A model generated the notes under the pieces. The model did no database searches, was not told the origin of the DNA, and was given only the letters and a program-made list of their open reading frames with translations. From the IMG/VR virus record IMGVR_UViG_3300005533_000009, positions 1 through 64,000 of that record: 64,000 nucleotides of DNA; one strand, 5' to 3'. Made by a program: the position numbers and the translations under genes. Shown here one piece after another: positions 16,151 through 26,523 of this stretch (positions are counted from its first letter, which is position 1; each line of letters begins with the position of its first letter). The stretch comes from a virus.

Positions 16151-17848
16151 ATGCCTAGAAAAACAGCAACTAAAGAACCTAAAAAGGACATATCTCCTTA
16201 TATTTCTGCTGATGGCACGCTGGATATTAGTAAAAAGTTTAAACACCAAGCTAAACAGATGGAACTATGGAGATTGAAGGTCCGAGATGGAATTCAATAC
16301 ATAGTTCCGGCTGCTCCTCAGTGCCTTGCCGTGGGCGGTATCCGTTCTGGTAAGACAAGCGGCTGGATGATGTTTCTTGTCATGAATTACTGCATGGCTT
16401 GGGAAAAATGTGATATTTTAATTCTTCGACGTACATTTAAAGAATTGGAATCAGGCGCAATTGCCGATTTTAAAGCTTTTGTACCAGAAGAACTTTATAG
16501 TTATGATTCTACTAAACACGTTGCTACATTAGTTAATGGTTCGCGTGTTGTTTTTGGTCATTGCCAGAACAACAAAGAAAGAGATATTGAACAGTATCTT
16601 GGACAAGCTTACCCCGGCATATTAGTAGACGAATGTGGTCAGTTTTCTCCCGATGCGTGGATGATGTTACGTTCTCGTAACACCGTTAATGCATCCTGTG
16701 TTCCTAATAAACATGGGCACATGCCATTACCCTGTATGGTTGGTTGTACCAACCCTCTTGGTCCTTTTTACGAATACTACAACACGGTATTCGTGCAAAA
16801 AGAACCATGGCAAAAGCCAGAAGATGCCAAGAAGGATGATAACGGCTACTGGTGGACATTTGAAACAGGAGATTGGCGCTTAATATATGATCCTAATGAA
16901 TGGGCTTATAATAGAACTACCGTATTAGATAATCCTAAGTTATTAGAGCGTGATCCCGGCATCATTGCTCGTCTTAATACTTTCCCTAAAGCCAAGAGAG
17001 ATAAAATGCTACTTGGTCTTGATGGGCCAGTAGAGGGACAGTATTTTGATGTGTGGTCAGAAGATTACCACGTAATCAATCTGAGAGAAGACCCCGAAGC
17101 TATTATATGGCAACCATGGCAACCCGTATGGGCCAGCCAAGACTGGGGTATGGGACACGCTAACGCTGCTTATTTATTTACAAGAGCAGATGTTAAGACT
17201 CTGAATGGTGAGTATAGAACTAAAGTAGTATGCTTTAAAGAAATAGTTACTACAGGCGGAAAAGCTCATAGAGAGTGGGCTAACTTGCTAGCTAAAAGTT
17301 GTAAGTTGCCATTTTCTACTCCTGAGTATCCTACAGGCTATCCAGTAAAATTAAAAGCTATTTACTTCTCTCACGAAAAGTTTAATAGACAGATGGATGG
17401 TTTTGGACATACTCCAGCCGATGAGTATTCTCGTTCACTTAGAGAAGTTGGATTACCTCCAGTTACTAGAGGCACGCAAGATCGTATCGGATCAGCCTCA
17501 TTGATGTATAACTTACTAAAGAACGGTGAGTTAGTAATCCTTGATACTTGCAAAGATATTATAACTGCAATTCCTACATTAATGCGTGATCCTGATTTGA
17601 TGGATGACGTTTTGAAGACCAGTGCTAAAGGCGACGACTGTTATGACGGTTTTAGGCTAGGTCTTTATGGAATGCTAGCGTCTAAACGACAACCAAGAGA
17701 AGAATTATTGATGGCACACGCTGAAACTCTTGATCCTCTGGCTAAACATTTTTATTTAATGAAATTAGCAGCGGAACAAGCAAACAGAAGTACAGTGTTC
17801 ACTCAGACAAAAGAGCCAGTGTGGGTAAGCAAGTTAAATAATAGTTAG
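16151..17848 (+). CDS. terL: Terminase large subunit
   Basis: Walker A GGIRSGKT, Walker B ILVDE, CTNP coupling motif, nuclease DWG and DDCYD. Confidence 0.92.
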   Translation: MPRKTATKEPKKDISPYISADGTLDISKKFKHQAKQMELWRLKVRDGIQYIVPAAPQCLAVGGIRSGKTSGWMMFLVMNYCMAWEKCDILILRRTFKELESGAIADFKAFVPEELYSYDSTKHVATLVNGSRVVFGHCQNNKERDIEQYLGQAYPGILVDECGQFSPDAWMMLRSRNTVNASCVPNKHGHMPLPCMVGCTNPLGPFYEYYNTVFVQKEPWQKPEDAKKDDNGYWWTFETGDWRLIYDPNEWAYNRTTVLDNPKLLERDPGIIARLNTFPKAKRDKMLLGLDGPVEGQYFDVWSEDYHVINLREDPEAIIWQPWQPVWASQDWGMGHANAAYLFTRADVKTLNGEYRTKVVCFKEIVTTGGKAHREWANLLAKSCKLPFSTPEYPTGYPVKLKAIYFSHEKFNRQMDGFGHTPADEYSRSLREVGLPPVTRGTQDRIGSASLMYNLLKNGELVILDTCKDIITAIPTLMRDPDLMDDVLKTSAKGDDCYDGFRLGLYGMLASKRQPREELLMAHAETLDPLAKHFYLMKLAAEQANRSTVFTQTKEPVWVSKLNNS

Positions 17849-17860
17849 TAGTATGATTTT

Positions 17861-17944
17861 ATCAAAAGCCTAATTAACTTTTGATTGTTACACGGTGGGG
17901 AGTGCCGACACACTCCTCACTAACTTTTGTCGGAAAGAAAAATG
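17861..17944 (+). promoter_or_regulatory. Kissing-loop SD-sequestering element 1
   Basis: GTGGGGAGTG-CCGACA-CACTCCTCAC; CTTT-TGTCGG-AAAG; the two loops are complementary. Confidence 0.7.
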
Positions 17945-18451
17945 AATAAATTTTATTGTTATTTTTGGCTACGTGAAGATGGTACCCCTTATTATGTGGG
18001 AAAGGGCACAAGACATCGAGCATACACAAAGTATTTTCATTGCTCTGATGTACCTAAAGACAAATCTAGAATTATAATACAATATTATAATTCGGAAGAA
18101 GAGGCTTTAGAAGCAGAGGTATTCTTTATAGAATACTTTGGAAGATTAGATTTAAATACGGGTATATTACGAAATTTGACCAATGGAGGTGATAACCCTC
18201 CACGCTATAAAGGCAAGAATAAAAAAGCGCAATGTCATCCCGATAGAAAACATAAAGCCTTAGGATTATGCCAACTCTGCTATAAAGACAAGTGGAGAAG
18301 AACAGCAGGAATACCTAAGAGAGAATTAAAAACACACTGCATTCATGGTCATCCTTTAGATGATCAAAATACATACATATTAAATGGCGTAAGACGTTGT
18401 AAAAGATGTATGCATAGATACTATATCAACCGTAAGATGCGTGAGCAATAG
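17942..18451 (+). CDS. GIY-YIG homing endonuclease
   Basis: FYCYFWLREDGTPYYVGKG, LRNLTNGG; C-terminal THCIHGH..RRCKRC. Confidence 0.85.
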   Translation: MNKFYCYFWLREDGTPYYVGKGTRHRAYTKYFHCSDVPKDKSRIIIQYYNSEEEALEAEVFFIEYFGRLDLNTGILRNLTNGGDNPPRYKGKNKKAQCHPDRKHKALGLCQLCYKDKWRRTAGIPKRELKTHCIHGHPLDDQNTYILNGVRRCKRCMHRYYINRKMREQ

Positions 18452-18464
18452 GACTCAGAAAAAG

Positions 18465-18932
18465 ATGGGTAGACCAAAAGGTTTGAGAAAAAACAAAGAA
18501 ACAGGCGAATGGTATATGAAAAATACCACTAAGAAGAAAGCCAAAAATAAAAAGGTTGAAAAATCAAACCTTTTGGACTCATTTTCAGAAAAGCTTATAG
18601 ATAGACTAGAAACAGACCTCGTAATGCTGCGCCAAGATTATGAAAGACGCTTGCAAGATAAGGACGTAGTTATAGCCAATCTAAGAGAAGAAAAGCAACA
18701 GCTAATATCTAAAGTTGCTCTCTATGAATTAACCATTTTACCCCGCGCATCCGTACAGGGTGCCGAGGTGGTAGCGTATCAGAAGCCTACAAAGCCTACC
18801 TTTTCAGCTAAAGATTTTCTATCCAATCCTCCTATCATGACTAGATGGCAGCAATTGAATCAACAGCATGAAGAGCAGATGAAAGCAGAAGATGAAGCGG
18901 AAAAGGCTGCTAAACAAGATTCTCAAGGATAA
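18465..18932 (+). CDS. Hypothetical protein
   Basis: ORF in the head operon; start uncertain. Confidence 0.65.
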   Translation: MGRPKGLRKNKETGEWYMKNTTKKKAKNKKVEKSNLLDSFSEKLIDRLETDLVMLRQDYERRLQDKDVVIANLREEKQQLISKVALYELTILPRASVQGAEVVAYQKPTKPTFSAKDFLSNPPIMTRWQQLNQQHEEQMKAEDEAEKAAKQDSQG

Positions 18933-18935
18933 ATT

Positions 18936-19409
18936 ATGGCATTTCAAACAGCAGACAAGCAGAAAACATTTGGTTCACGTTTTCGTCAGAAAAAGTATGA
19001 TCAGCACCACCCAGCCGAAGAAGAAGGTTCAATGAAGAAAATGGCTCCTGACCATGAAAAGCAGGAGTCTCCAGAATTTGAAGCGGGTGAACAAGAAGGT
19101 CAAGTTGAAGGTTCCGATGAGATGAATCAAAATGAGGCACCTCAGTCAGTAGTAGGAGCCCATGGTAAAGCAACCAGCGTTCATGTAGCCCATGATCACG
19201 GTGCAAACCAACATCACGTAACCTCAACTCATGCCGATGGTCACGTACATAAGAGTTCACATGCATCATCTAAGGATGCTCATCAAGCCGCAGGTATGCT
19301 AGGTGGAGCAGAAGAAAACCCTGCTGAGCAAAATCCAGAAGACGCTATGCTAGGCGGCGAACCAGAAGGCCCAGAGTCTGATGGTTTTAGAATGCCTAGA
19401 TTGGCTTAA
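18936..19409 (+). CDS. Hypothetical His/acidic-rich protein
   Basis: ORF with SD AAGGA. Confidence 0.7.
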   Translation: MAFQTADKQKTFGSRFRQKKYDQHHPAEEEGSMKKMAPDHEKQESPEFEAGEQEGQVEGSDEMNQNEAPQSVVGAHGKATSVHVAHDHGANQHHVTSTHADGHVHKSSHASSKDAHQAAGMLGGAEENPAEQNPEDAMLGGEPEGPESDGFRMPRLA

Positions 19410-19576
19410 TGCCATTTGCATCGAAGGCGCAGCAAAGATATCTCCACGCTCATCCTGAAAAGGTAGGTGGAGAGTCTGCTCTTAAAGAATGGGATAGTGC
19501 CACCGATTTTTCCCATCTTCCAGAGAGAAAAGATAAAAAGTTTAGCTACGCCAAGAAAAAGAAAAAGGAAGAATAG
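19409..19576 (+). CDS. Small basic protein MPFASKAQQRYLHAHP..., 55 aa, not in the ORF track
   Basis: TAATG coupling with the upstream gene; fills the gap exactly. Confidence 0.7.
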   Translation: MPFASKAQQRYLHAHPEKVGGESALKEWDSATDFSHLPERKDKKFSYAKKKKKEE

Positions 19577-19783
19577 ATGGCTACTGGACTTGGACATAAG
19601 TGGGCACAAAAAGCAACAAAGAAGATGAAAGAAAAGGGAACGGAAGGTTCTCTTACTCGTGCTGCACATTCAGCAGGGTACGATTCTCCTTTAGAGTATG
19701 CTCACCATATTAAGTCTCATAAAGACGAATATTCCGGTAAGATGCGTAAAAAGGCGAATTTCGCCGCGAACATTAACGCTTAA
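19577..19783 (+). CDS. Small basic protein
   Basis: ORF with SD AAGGAAG. Confidence 0.7.
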   Translation: MATGLGHKWAQKATKKMKEKGTEGSLTRAAHSAGYDSPLEYAHHIKSHKDEYSGKMRKKANFAANINA

Positions 19784-19788
19784 AGTTT

Positions 19789-19862
19789 GCTGTCAGCCTA
19801 ATTAACTGATGGCGGGGAGTGCTTACACACTCCCCAAACTCTATGTAAGGAGAGTTGTAATG
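19789..19862 (+). promoter_or_regulatory. Kissing-loop SD-sequestering element 2
   Basis: GGGGAGTG-CTTACA-CACTCCCC; AACTCT-ATGTAAGG-AGAGTT. Confidence 0.75.
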
Positions 19863-20312
19863 GTTGTAGTAAAATGTAAGGGATGTGGTGTAAACATATA
19901 CACATATCCCAGTGTAAACAGAGTTTATTGTAGTCGTGAATGTAAATCCCTAAATATTAATTGGGGAGGTGGTAGACCCATTGACCCAACGGCCAAAATT
20001 CACGATCCTAACTATCATACTTTTAGGCATTGGAAATTATCTTATAAATTATCTGAGGAAGATATTCTTAGAAAAATCCAAGAACAAAACGGCGTGTGTC
20101 CTATATGTAAACTTCCATTGGTTTTATTTTTGGATGGCAAAGTACAGATTTATATAGACCATGATCATTCTTGTTGCCCTAAAAGTAAAACTTGTGGAAA
20201 ATGTGTTAGAGGCATAATACACATAGGATGCAATATAGGTTTAGGAGCTTTTAAAGACAATGCTACTATATGTAGAAACGCCGCAAAATACTTGGAAAAT
20301 TTTAATAAATAA
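19860..20312 (+). CDS. Endonuclease VII-like HNH endonuclease
   Basis: QNGVCPIC, IDHDHSCC..CGKCVRGIIH..CN.GLG.FKD. Confidence 0.85.
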   Translation: MVVVKCKGCGVNIYTYPSVNRVYCSRECKSLNINWGGGRPIDPTAKIHDPNYHTFRHWKLSYKLSEEDILRKIQEQNGVCPICKLPLVLFLDGKVQIYIDHDHSCCPKSKTCGKCVRGIIHIGCNIGLGAFKDNATICRNAAKYLENFNK

Positions 20313-20326
20313 TTTAAGGAAGGTAC

Positions 20327-22972
20327 ATGCCCGAAGAATTTAACACAGATGTGCCTTCCAATGCCACAGATGTTGCTTCTCCTATACAACCAGAAAAACC
20401 AGAAGACAGTCCTATTGGAGTTTATGCTTCATTTGACTATAGCCCTGAACCTTTCGCAGAGTTGTCAGAAGAAGCTAAGAATGCGTTGGTGCAGCTAGAT
20501 AACGTCGCTACAAAGACAGACGTGGCTGCACGCAGACTTGAAGTAGAACAGGCATGGGAAGCTATACATTTTGATCGTGGATACCAACACCTGTTCCGAG
20601 GGAAACAGGGAGGGTGGATATTACCGGGAAATAACACCGGATATGGTGCCCAACAACAGCTAGCGAATAATGGTATTTATGAAACTAACGTTTACGGACC
20701 AAAGGGTGACATTATTGTTGCAGCTTTGTCGCGTGAAGTACCTAAGATAGAATTTTTCCCTGATAACCCTAATTATGGCCCAGATATCATTGCTGCTGAA
20801 GAAGCAGACAATTTTAAAATGATATGGGCAAGAAACAATAATCTACATCAGTTATTGGTAGATGTTTCTAGAATTTTTTGGAATGAAGACCGTGTATTGC
20901 TGTGGACTCGATATGAGTTGAACGGTCAAAAGTACGGGTTTGAAGATGATGATGCAAACGCACCTACAGTGCCTCAGGATCATCTCACTCCTCCGTCTGC
21001 TACACCTACTGGACAAGAAGAACTTGACGAGATTTTAAATCAAACTGAATCATTAGTACAACCAGATATCAGTGTAGAAGAGAAGTTAGGGCAAGATGCA
21101 GATCAAGCATTAAAGCCTACTCCGGTAATTAACAAAAAACCGCTAGGACGAGAAGTAACGACTGCATACGGCAAGTTGGATCATAAAGTCCCTATTGCTG
21201 TAGATAATCTATGTGATATGCAGTTTGTTCAGATTTTTGAAGATATTGACTTTGTAATTGCAAGAGCAAGATACCCTTGGATTGCAGATAAGATTAAGCC
21301 ATCAGGTAAAAATCAATCTGAATCTGAATTAGATAGAATTGCGCGTGAAAACACTAGACAGGCTGTTTTAGGAGCCTATGTTACTGGTGATTCATTTGCG
21401 AGACATGTCACTGTTACTCATACTTGGTTCAGACCTTCTATGTTTAATGATGACAGCATTGAAGACCATGTAAGAGCAGAATTGTTGGAGAATTTCCCAA
21501 ATGGTTGCTTACTTGTTAAAGTAGGTTCTGAATATGCCTTTTCTAGAAACGAAAGCATGGACGACCATATAGCCATCGCTCATCCTTTCGCTGGCAAAGG
21601 CCAAAACAGAAGAGCCATGGGAACTGCTCTTATCTCTGTACAAAAGAGAATTAATGATTGGGTAGATTTGATGGATGATTTCTTCAAGCGTACAGTGCCT
21701 AAGAAATGGTATAACGCAGAAGCTTTCGATATGGAAGCTATGAAGAAGTCGCCTAATACGCCGGGAACCTCTGGGCCATTTATGGTTCAGCCGGGACTAA
21801 CATCTCGTGATCAATACATGTTTGTGGAAGAAACTCCACAACCACAAAATGCTCTTGGTGATTTTATTAAGTGGTTTATTACCTCTGTTTCAGAAGAAAT
21901 TTCTGGAGCACTTCCTTCTTTGTTTGGTGCTGCTACTGGTGAAGAAACTGTAGGAAATGCAGTTATTCAGCGTGATCAGGCTCTACAGAGAGTAGGGTGC
22001 CCTTGGAATGCGGTTCAGGATTTGTTTGCAGAAGCTGCTAGACAAGCGGTTAAATGCGCGGCTGAATGCCGTGACGGTAAGAGTTTTTCTCAGTTGGTAA
22101 CAACTGGCCCCGATGGGCAAAACAAAAACATTACTGTTAACACTGCCAACCTATCAAAAGGTAAGGTTCTGTGTTATGCCGAATCTAACCCTGCATTCCC
22201 TGAATCATGGCAGCAGAGAGAGCGCAAGCTTCTTGAAATGATAGATACAGCTATGCAACAGCCTGCACTAGCTCAATGGTTATTCTCAACAGAGAACCTA
22301 CCAGTATTGGCTGACGGTATCAGAATGAAAGACTTCAAGATACCGGGAGCAATTTCTGTTACTAAGCAGAAGAATGAATTTGAAATCCTTTTGCGTAGTG
22401 GACCTACAGATAACCCTCAAAAGTTAATGGCCCAGCAACAGATGGAACAAGCTCAACAAGGCTATCAGCAAGCACAACAAGCTGCGGCTGTGAGTGGTCA
22501 ACCACTACCTCAAGAAATGCAAGCTGCTCCACAAGTGATGCAGCAATTGCAACAGGCTATTGAAGCTCTACCTCCTCAGGTAAGCACAGTGCCTATTGCA
22601 CAAGATGAAAGTGAAAATCATGCGGTTGAAGCCGATGTATGCTTTAGCTGGATGAATAGTAATGAAGGTCAGAAGTTTAAATTTGGTACACCAGAACAGA
22701 AGGAAGCTTACGAAAACGTACACCTTCACTGGCAAGAGCATTTGGCTATGGCAAAGAAGATTGCCGCAGCTAACGCTAAACCAGAAACTAAACCACCTTC
22801 TGAAAGCATAAGCGCCCCAGTAGACAAGATGCCAACTAACGTGGCAATTCAATTGTTGAAGAAAATGAATGTAGATGCTACTCCAGAAGATTTTGCTGAG
22901 CATCAAAAACAACAATTAAATGATAAAATTGCTGCTAAAAGCATTCCTGATGCTATGAGAGATAACGGGTAA
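20327..22972 (+). CDS. Portal protein
   Basis: 881 aa between terL and scaffold/capsid; P22-like portal layout with a Gln-rich C-terminal helical region. Confidence 0.75.
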   Translation: MPEEFNTDVPSNATDVASPIQPEKPEDSPIGVYASFDYSPEPFAELSEEAKNALVQLDNVATKTDVAARRLEVEQAWEAIHFDRGYQHLFRGKQGGWILPGNNTGYGAQQQLANNGIYETNVYGPKGDIIVAALSREVPKIEFFPDNPNYGPDIIAAEEADNFKMIWARNNNLHQLLVDVSRIFWNEDRVLLWTRYELNGQKYGFEDDDANAPTVPQDHLTPPSATPTGQEELDEILNQTESLVQPDISVEEKLGQDADQALKPTPVINKKPLGREVTTAYGKLDHKVPIAVDNLCDMQFVQIFEDIDFVIARARYPWIADKIKPSGKNQSESELDRIARENTRQAVLGAYVTGDSFARHVTVTHTWFRPSMFNDDSIEDHVRAELLENFPNGCLLVKVGSEYAFSRNESMDDHIAIAHPFAGKGQNRRAMGTALISVQKRINDWVDLMDDFFKRTVPKKWYNAEAFDMEAMKKSPNTPGTSGPFMVQPGLTSRDQYMFVEETPQPQNALGDFIKWFITSVSEEISGALPSLFGAATGEETVGNAVIQRDQALQRVGCPWNAVQDLFAEAARQAVKCAAECRDGKSFSQLVTTGPDGQNKNITVNTANLSKGKVLCYAESNPAFPESWQQRERKLLEMIDTAMQQPALAQWLFSTENLPVLADGIRMKDFKIPGAISVTKQKNEFEILLRSGPTDNPQKLMAQQQMEQAQQGYQQAQQAAAVSGQPLPQEMQAAPQVMQQLQQAIEALPPQVSTVPIAQDESENHAVEADVCFSWMNSNEGQKFKFGTPEQKEAYENVHLHWQEHLAMAKKIAAANAKPETKPPSESISAPVDKMPTNVAIQLLKKMNVDATPEDFAEHQKQQLNDKIAAKSIPDAMRDNG

Positions 22973-22977
22973 AATAT

Positions 22978-23060
22978 TTCAAAGGGTTGCTCCTTTGAAC
23001 AGGGAAGAGGGTTGCCTAGAACAATCCTCTTTCCGACTTTTCTAGGAAGTTATATAAATG
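22978..23060 (+). promoter_or_regulatory. Kissing-loop SD-sequestering element 3
   Basis: GGAAGAGGGTTG-CCTAGAA-CAATCCTCTTTCC; GACTT-TTCTAGG-AAGTT. Confidence 0.75.
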
Positions 23061-23579
23061 GATAAAAGAATAAAAGCAAAGAGTTTAGTAGGAAAAATAT
23101 TTGGTAAACTAACGGTTGTATCTAGAGCACCAAATACTCCTAAAAGTCCACAGTGGAATTGTGTATGTACCTGTGGAAATAAAGTAGTTGTACCAACACA
23201 AAGATTGATAAAAGGTACGTCTAAGAGTTGTGGATGTTTGAGAGAAGTAGATAATGCAGCTTTTACATTACTCTTTCGTACTTATAAGTTAAATGCAAGA
23301 AAGAAAGACTTAGAATTTAAATTAACAGAAGAGCAATTTAGAAATATTACAAGCTCTAATTGTTATTATACAGGAAGAAAGCCCACAAAAACTCTAACAA
23401 CAGTTAGTGGAGATATTTACAAATATAATGGTATAGATCGTCTAGATAACACACAGGGATATGTTTTACATAATTGTGTCCCATGTTGTACAGAGATTAA
23501 CTATGCCAAACGCACTCTTCCTTTCAAGCAATTTATTGCTTTATGTGCAGAAGTTACAAAACAGCACAAGCAATTATAA
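23058..23579 (+). CDS. HNH homing endonuclease
   Basis: GKIFGKLTV..WNCVCTCG, SCGC, NGIDRLDNTQGY..NCVPCC..IN. Confidence 0.85.
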   Translation: MDKRIKAKSLVGKIFGKLTVVSRAPNTPKSPQWNCVCTCGNKVVVPTQRLIKGTSKSCGCLREVDNAAFTLLFRTYKLNARKKDLEFKLTEEQFRNITSSNCYYTGRKPTKTLTTVSGDIYKYNGIDRLDNTQGYVLHNCVPCCTEINYAKRTLPFKQFIALCAEVTKQHKQL

Positions 23580-23601
23580 AGACTCAAGGAGATTCCTTTA
23601 A

Positions 23602-25059
23602 ATGGCAGCAGATGTTTTAGATTTTGCTGGACTAGAAGATTCCGCTTCAAGCTCTACAACCGTAGACGCTAGCGTTGATACAACTTCTACTACGGATACA
23701 ACTAACGATTCAGACAATGTAGATTCTAGTGTAGATAGTACAGATACTACTGCAACCGACTCAGATAAAACTACTACGGAAGGTTCTCCTAAGGGAGAAA
23801 CTAAAGAAGCATCTTCTACAGAAACGGATGATGACTTACCGGGGAATGCTAAAACTCCCGCCGAAGTACGTAAGGCATTGAAAGCTTTCCGTGACGCTAA
23901 TCCAAAAGCAAACGCAGCTTTGGTAAAGCTTATCCATGGAAACTATGAGCGATGGGAAGCTGCTAAGCAGTACTTTCCAAGTGTTCAGGCCATGGAAGAA
24001 GCCAAAGCATTTATTGATTTGGTTGGTGGTCAAGAAGGTTATGATAAACTTCAGAATATTGTTAATAGTGTGACAGAAAGCGACCGTCTACTTTATGAAG
24101 GTGGTCAGAGTCATACTCAATTAATTAACAACATTTATGAAGACATGAAGAGTGAGGGTAAGACTGCTCAGTTTATTCAGCTAGCAAACCCTATTCTCGA
24201 TAAGATTAAAGAAGTAGACCCAAAAGGTTATGTTCAAGCATTAACTCCTCACCAAGTATCATTTTTGGAGCAGGCAAACCTTCCCGGTGTATTGAAGGAT
24301 TTGTCAGACGCTATTGCTAAAGGTGATGAAGGTTCAATTAAGACTGCAAAGGCTCTTGTTGAAGATATTCAGGCGTGGTTTGGTGATCTAAAGAATTCTG
24401 TTCAAAAACAGAAAAGCACCCAGTCTGATCCTGAAAGATTGAAGCTTCTAGAAGAACGTGCTCAATTTGCAAAAGAAAAAGAAGAATTTACTAGTAAGCA
24501 AACCAAACAGTTTCAAGAAGCTGTTGGTAAGGAAGTAGATACTACCAGTGCGAAGGCTCTTGGATCACACCTAGGCAACCTTCGTAAGACTCCTTATTTC
24601 AAGGCGTTTAAGACTGAAAATCTTCGTCCTCTTGCTAACACTATTCTTTACAACTTGAGACAAGAGTTGGAAAAAGACAATGCTTACAGAACTCAGATGA
24701 AAGCATTGTGGGGAGAAAAGACTCCTAACAAGGAAAAGATTTTAAACTACCACCGTACAAAAGTTGAAAGTATCGCAGAACGTATTGTTCGTGAAACAGC
24801 TAACTCTATGTACCCAGATCATGCGAAGGGTGGTAGTGCAGCGGGACGTATTGCTGCAAAGAATGATAAGCAAGAAGCTCAAGCAGTTGTAGATAAGGCA
24901 GCGGCTTCTGCTGGACAACCACAATATGTGCCTGTAAAGCCTAAGAATCTCAACAGACAAATGGACCCTAAGGGATATCTGGAAATTGCTGGAAAAGGAT
25001 ATATCCCCAACGGTCGAGGCGGCTGGAAATTTATCACTTGGCGGAAGCCGATGGTGTAA
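23602..25059 (+). CDS. Putative capsid scaffolding protein
   Basis: Acidic, disordered N-terminus plus helical body, between portal and capsid genes. Confidence 0.55.
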   Translation: MAADVLDFAGLEDSASSSTTVDASVDTTSTTDTTNDSDNVDSSVDSTDTTATDSDKTTTEGSPKGETKEASSTETDDDLPGNAKTPAEVRKALKAFRDANPKANAALVKLIHGNYERWEAAKQYFPSVQAMEEAKAFIDLVGGQEGYDKLQNIVNSVTESDRLLYEGGQSHTQLINNIYEDMKSEGKTAQFIQLANPILDKIKEVDPKGYVQALTPHQVSFLEQANLPGVLKDLSDAIAKGDEGSIKTAKALVEDIQAWFGDLKNSVQKQKSTQSDPERLKLLEERAQFAKEKEEFTSKQTKQFQEAVGKEVDTTSAKALGSHLGNLRKTPYFKAFKTENLRPLANTILYNLRQELEKDNAYRTQMKALWGEKTPNKEKILNYHRTKVESIAERIVRETANSMYPDHAKGGSAAGRIAAKNDKQEAQAVVDKAAASAGQPQYVPVKPKNLNRQMDPKGYLEIAGKGYIPNGRGGWKFITWRKPMV

Positions 25060-25064
25060 GATAT

Positions 25065-25147
25065 TTTCACTCTTAGCGGGGTGAAATTAAGTAATAGGGG
25101 GTTAGCCTCGAACTAGCCCCCTATGAAACTCTTTCGAGGAGAGTATG
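25065..25147 (+). promoter_or_regulatory. Kissing-loop SD-sequestering element 4
   Basis: ATAGGGGGTTAG-CCTCGAA-CTAGCCCCCTAT; ACTCT-TTCGAGG-AGAGT-ATG. Confidence 0.8.
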
Positions 25148-25651
25148 CCTTACAAAGACTCAAATAAAAATAGAGAATGTAGATTAGCTTGGCAGAAAAG
25201 AAATAGGACAAAGGTAAACGCTTATAAAAGAAAGCGTAGAGCCGAAAATTCTGAAGTTAGAGCCAAGGAATCAAGTTATACAATAGAATACCAACGTAAA
25301 AAGTATAAAGAGAATTCAGAGTTTAGACTTAAAGAGTCTTTTAGACACCATAAAAAGCGTCAAGATGAAAAGGTAGAAGCTCTAGTTCAATATGGTAAAA
25401 ATAAAAGCTTGCAGTGTTGCTGGGAAAACTGCAATGTAGACGATCCAGACATGCTGTCATTGGATCACGTCAATAATGATGGAGCAATAGATAGAGAAAT
25501 CAGAGGTACTGGAATTAATCTTTACAGAACACTAAAGAAAGAAGGTTATCCAGAAGGATTTCAAACTTTATGCTTCAATCACCAGATGAAGAAAGAAATG
25601 ACGCGACTCAGAAACAAATACAAAGATAGCATTAAGGAGAGAATTTTATGA
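25145..25651 (+). CDS. HNH-like endonuclease, paralog of 55137-55583
   Basis: LSLDHVNNDG...GYPEGFQTLCFNH. Confidence 0.8.
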   Translation: MPYKDSNKNRECRLAWQKRNRTKVNAYKRKRRAENSEVRAKESSYTIEYQRKKYKENSEFRLKESFRHHKKRQDEKVEALVQYGKNKSLQCCWENCNVDDPDMLSLDHVNNDGAIDREIRGTGINLYRTLKKEGYPEGFQTLCFNHQMKKEMTRLRNKYKDSIKERIL

Positions 25652-25845
25652 GTGATCCAGTAACAAATCGTGCAGGAAAGCCAGTTACCACTGGTGATCA
25701 AGTCACAGTAGTAGGAACCGTTGCTTCAGTACCAGGTAGCGGTCCCACTGGTTCTGTTGTAGTAACTCTTGCCACCACCGGAACTAACGTAACGGTTGAG
25801 GGACAAGATGTGTACAACACAACTAACAGCTTAGCTAACGGATAA
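25648..25845 (+). CDS. Small beta-rich protein, single-unit paralog of 63507-63863
   Basis: GKPVTTGDQVTVVGTV matches GKVVAVNDQVSVMGKV. Confidence 0.65.
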   Translation: MSDPVTNRAGKPVTTGDQVTVVGTVASVPGSGPTGSVVVTLATTGTNVTVEGQDVYNTTNSLANG

Positions 25846-26522
25846 TGAAACCTTTTATTTCCATAATAAGTTGTTTAGATTATGCTAGAAATGGAATTAA
25901 TCAAGCGGTACGAGACACTTTTCTTTCAAATATTTCTGATGTAGATTATAAATTTTTTTTAGGAGACGGTACTAAAGTACAGGAATCTGAAAAATTTAAA
26001 TTTTCTTGGGAAAAGAGAGGCAGTAGGTACACAGATAAACCTACTGATGTAGAATATATATCTTACACCCCCCAATTTGATGAGATTATTGTTCCAGTGC
26101 CGGATGATTATAAGCACATATCTTTTAAGACTAGAGAAAGTCATAGATGGGCCTTAAATCAAGGCTATGATTTTCTCTTTCAATCTTATAGTGATGTGTT
26201 AATAGACGTAGAACGTTTATTACAGTCTGGATATGAATCTATGAAGTATTGTGGAGGAGAAAATGGTGGGGGATATTGGTTAAATAGAGATTCACTTGAA
26301 ATAACTGCAAATTCAGAAGTTACATCGTGGAATGATGACGGTTGGGTAAGAGACATGTTGGGGAATCATGGTATTGATTTAGTGGTTGATCCCAGATATG
26401 GAGCTTTTCCAACGTTACCTAAACCAAATAACAATGTGATCACATCGCATTTATGTATTAGTCCAGAAGTATATACGGCTGATAAGATGTTGACTAGCTA
26501 TAAACAATCGAAGGAGATTTAA
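25845..26522 (+). CDS. Fringe/GT31-like glycosyltransferase
   Basis: R.TF, YKFFLG, VPDDY..IS.KT, WA..GYDF, GGGYWL pattern shared with island GTs. Confidence 0.6.
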   Translation: MKPFISIISCLDYARNGINQAVRDTFLSNISDVDYKFFLGDGTKVQESEKFKFSWEKRGSRYTDKPTDVEYISYTPQFDEIIVPVPDDYKHISFKTRESHRWALNQGYDFLFQSYSDVLIDVERLLQSGYESMKYCGGENGGGYWLNRDSLEITANSEVTSWNDDGWVRDMLGNHGIDLVVDPRYGAFPTLPKPNNNVITSHLCISPEVYTADKMLTSYKQSKEI

Positions 26523-26523
26523 A

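Noticed and set aside
4816-17848. Inteins or introns in RNR, polymerase or terminase
   Set aside because: No intein terminal motifs or internal LAGLIDADG seen; the ORFs are continuous
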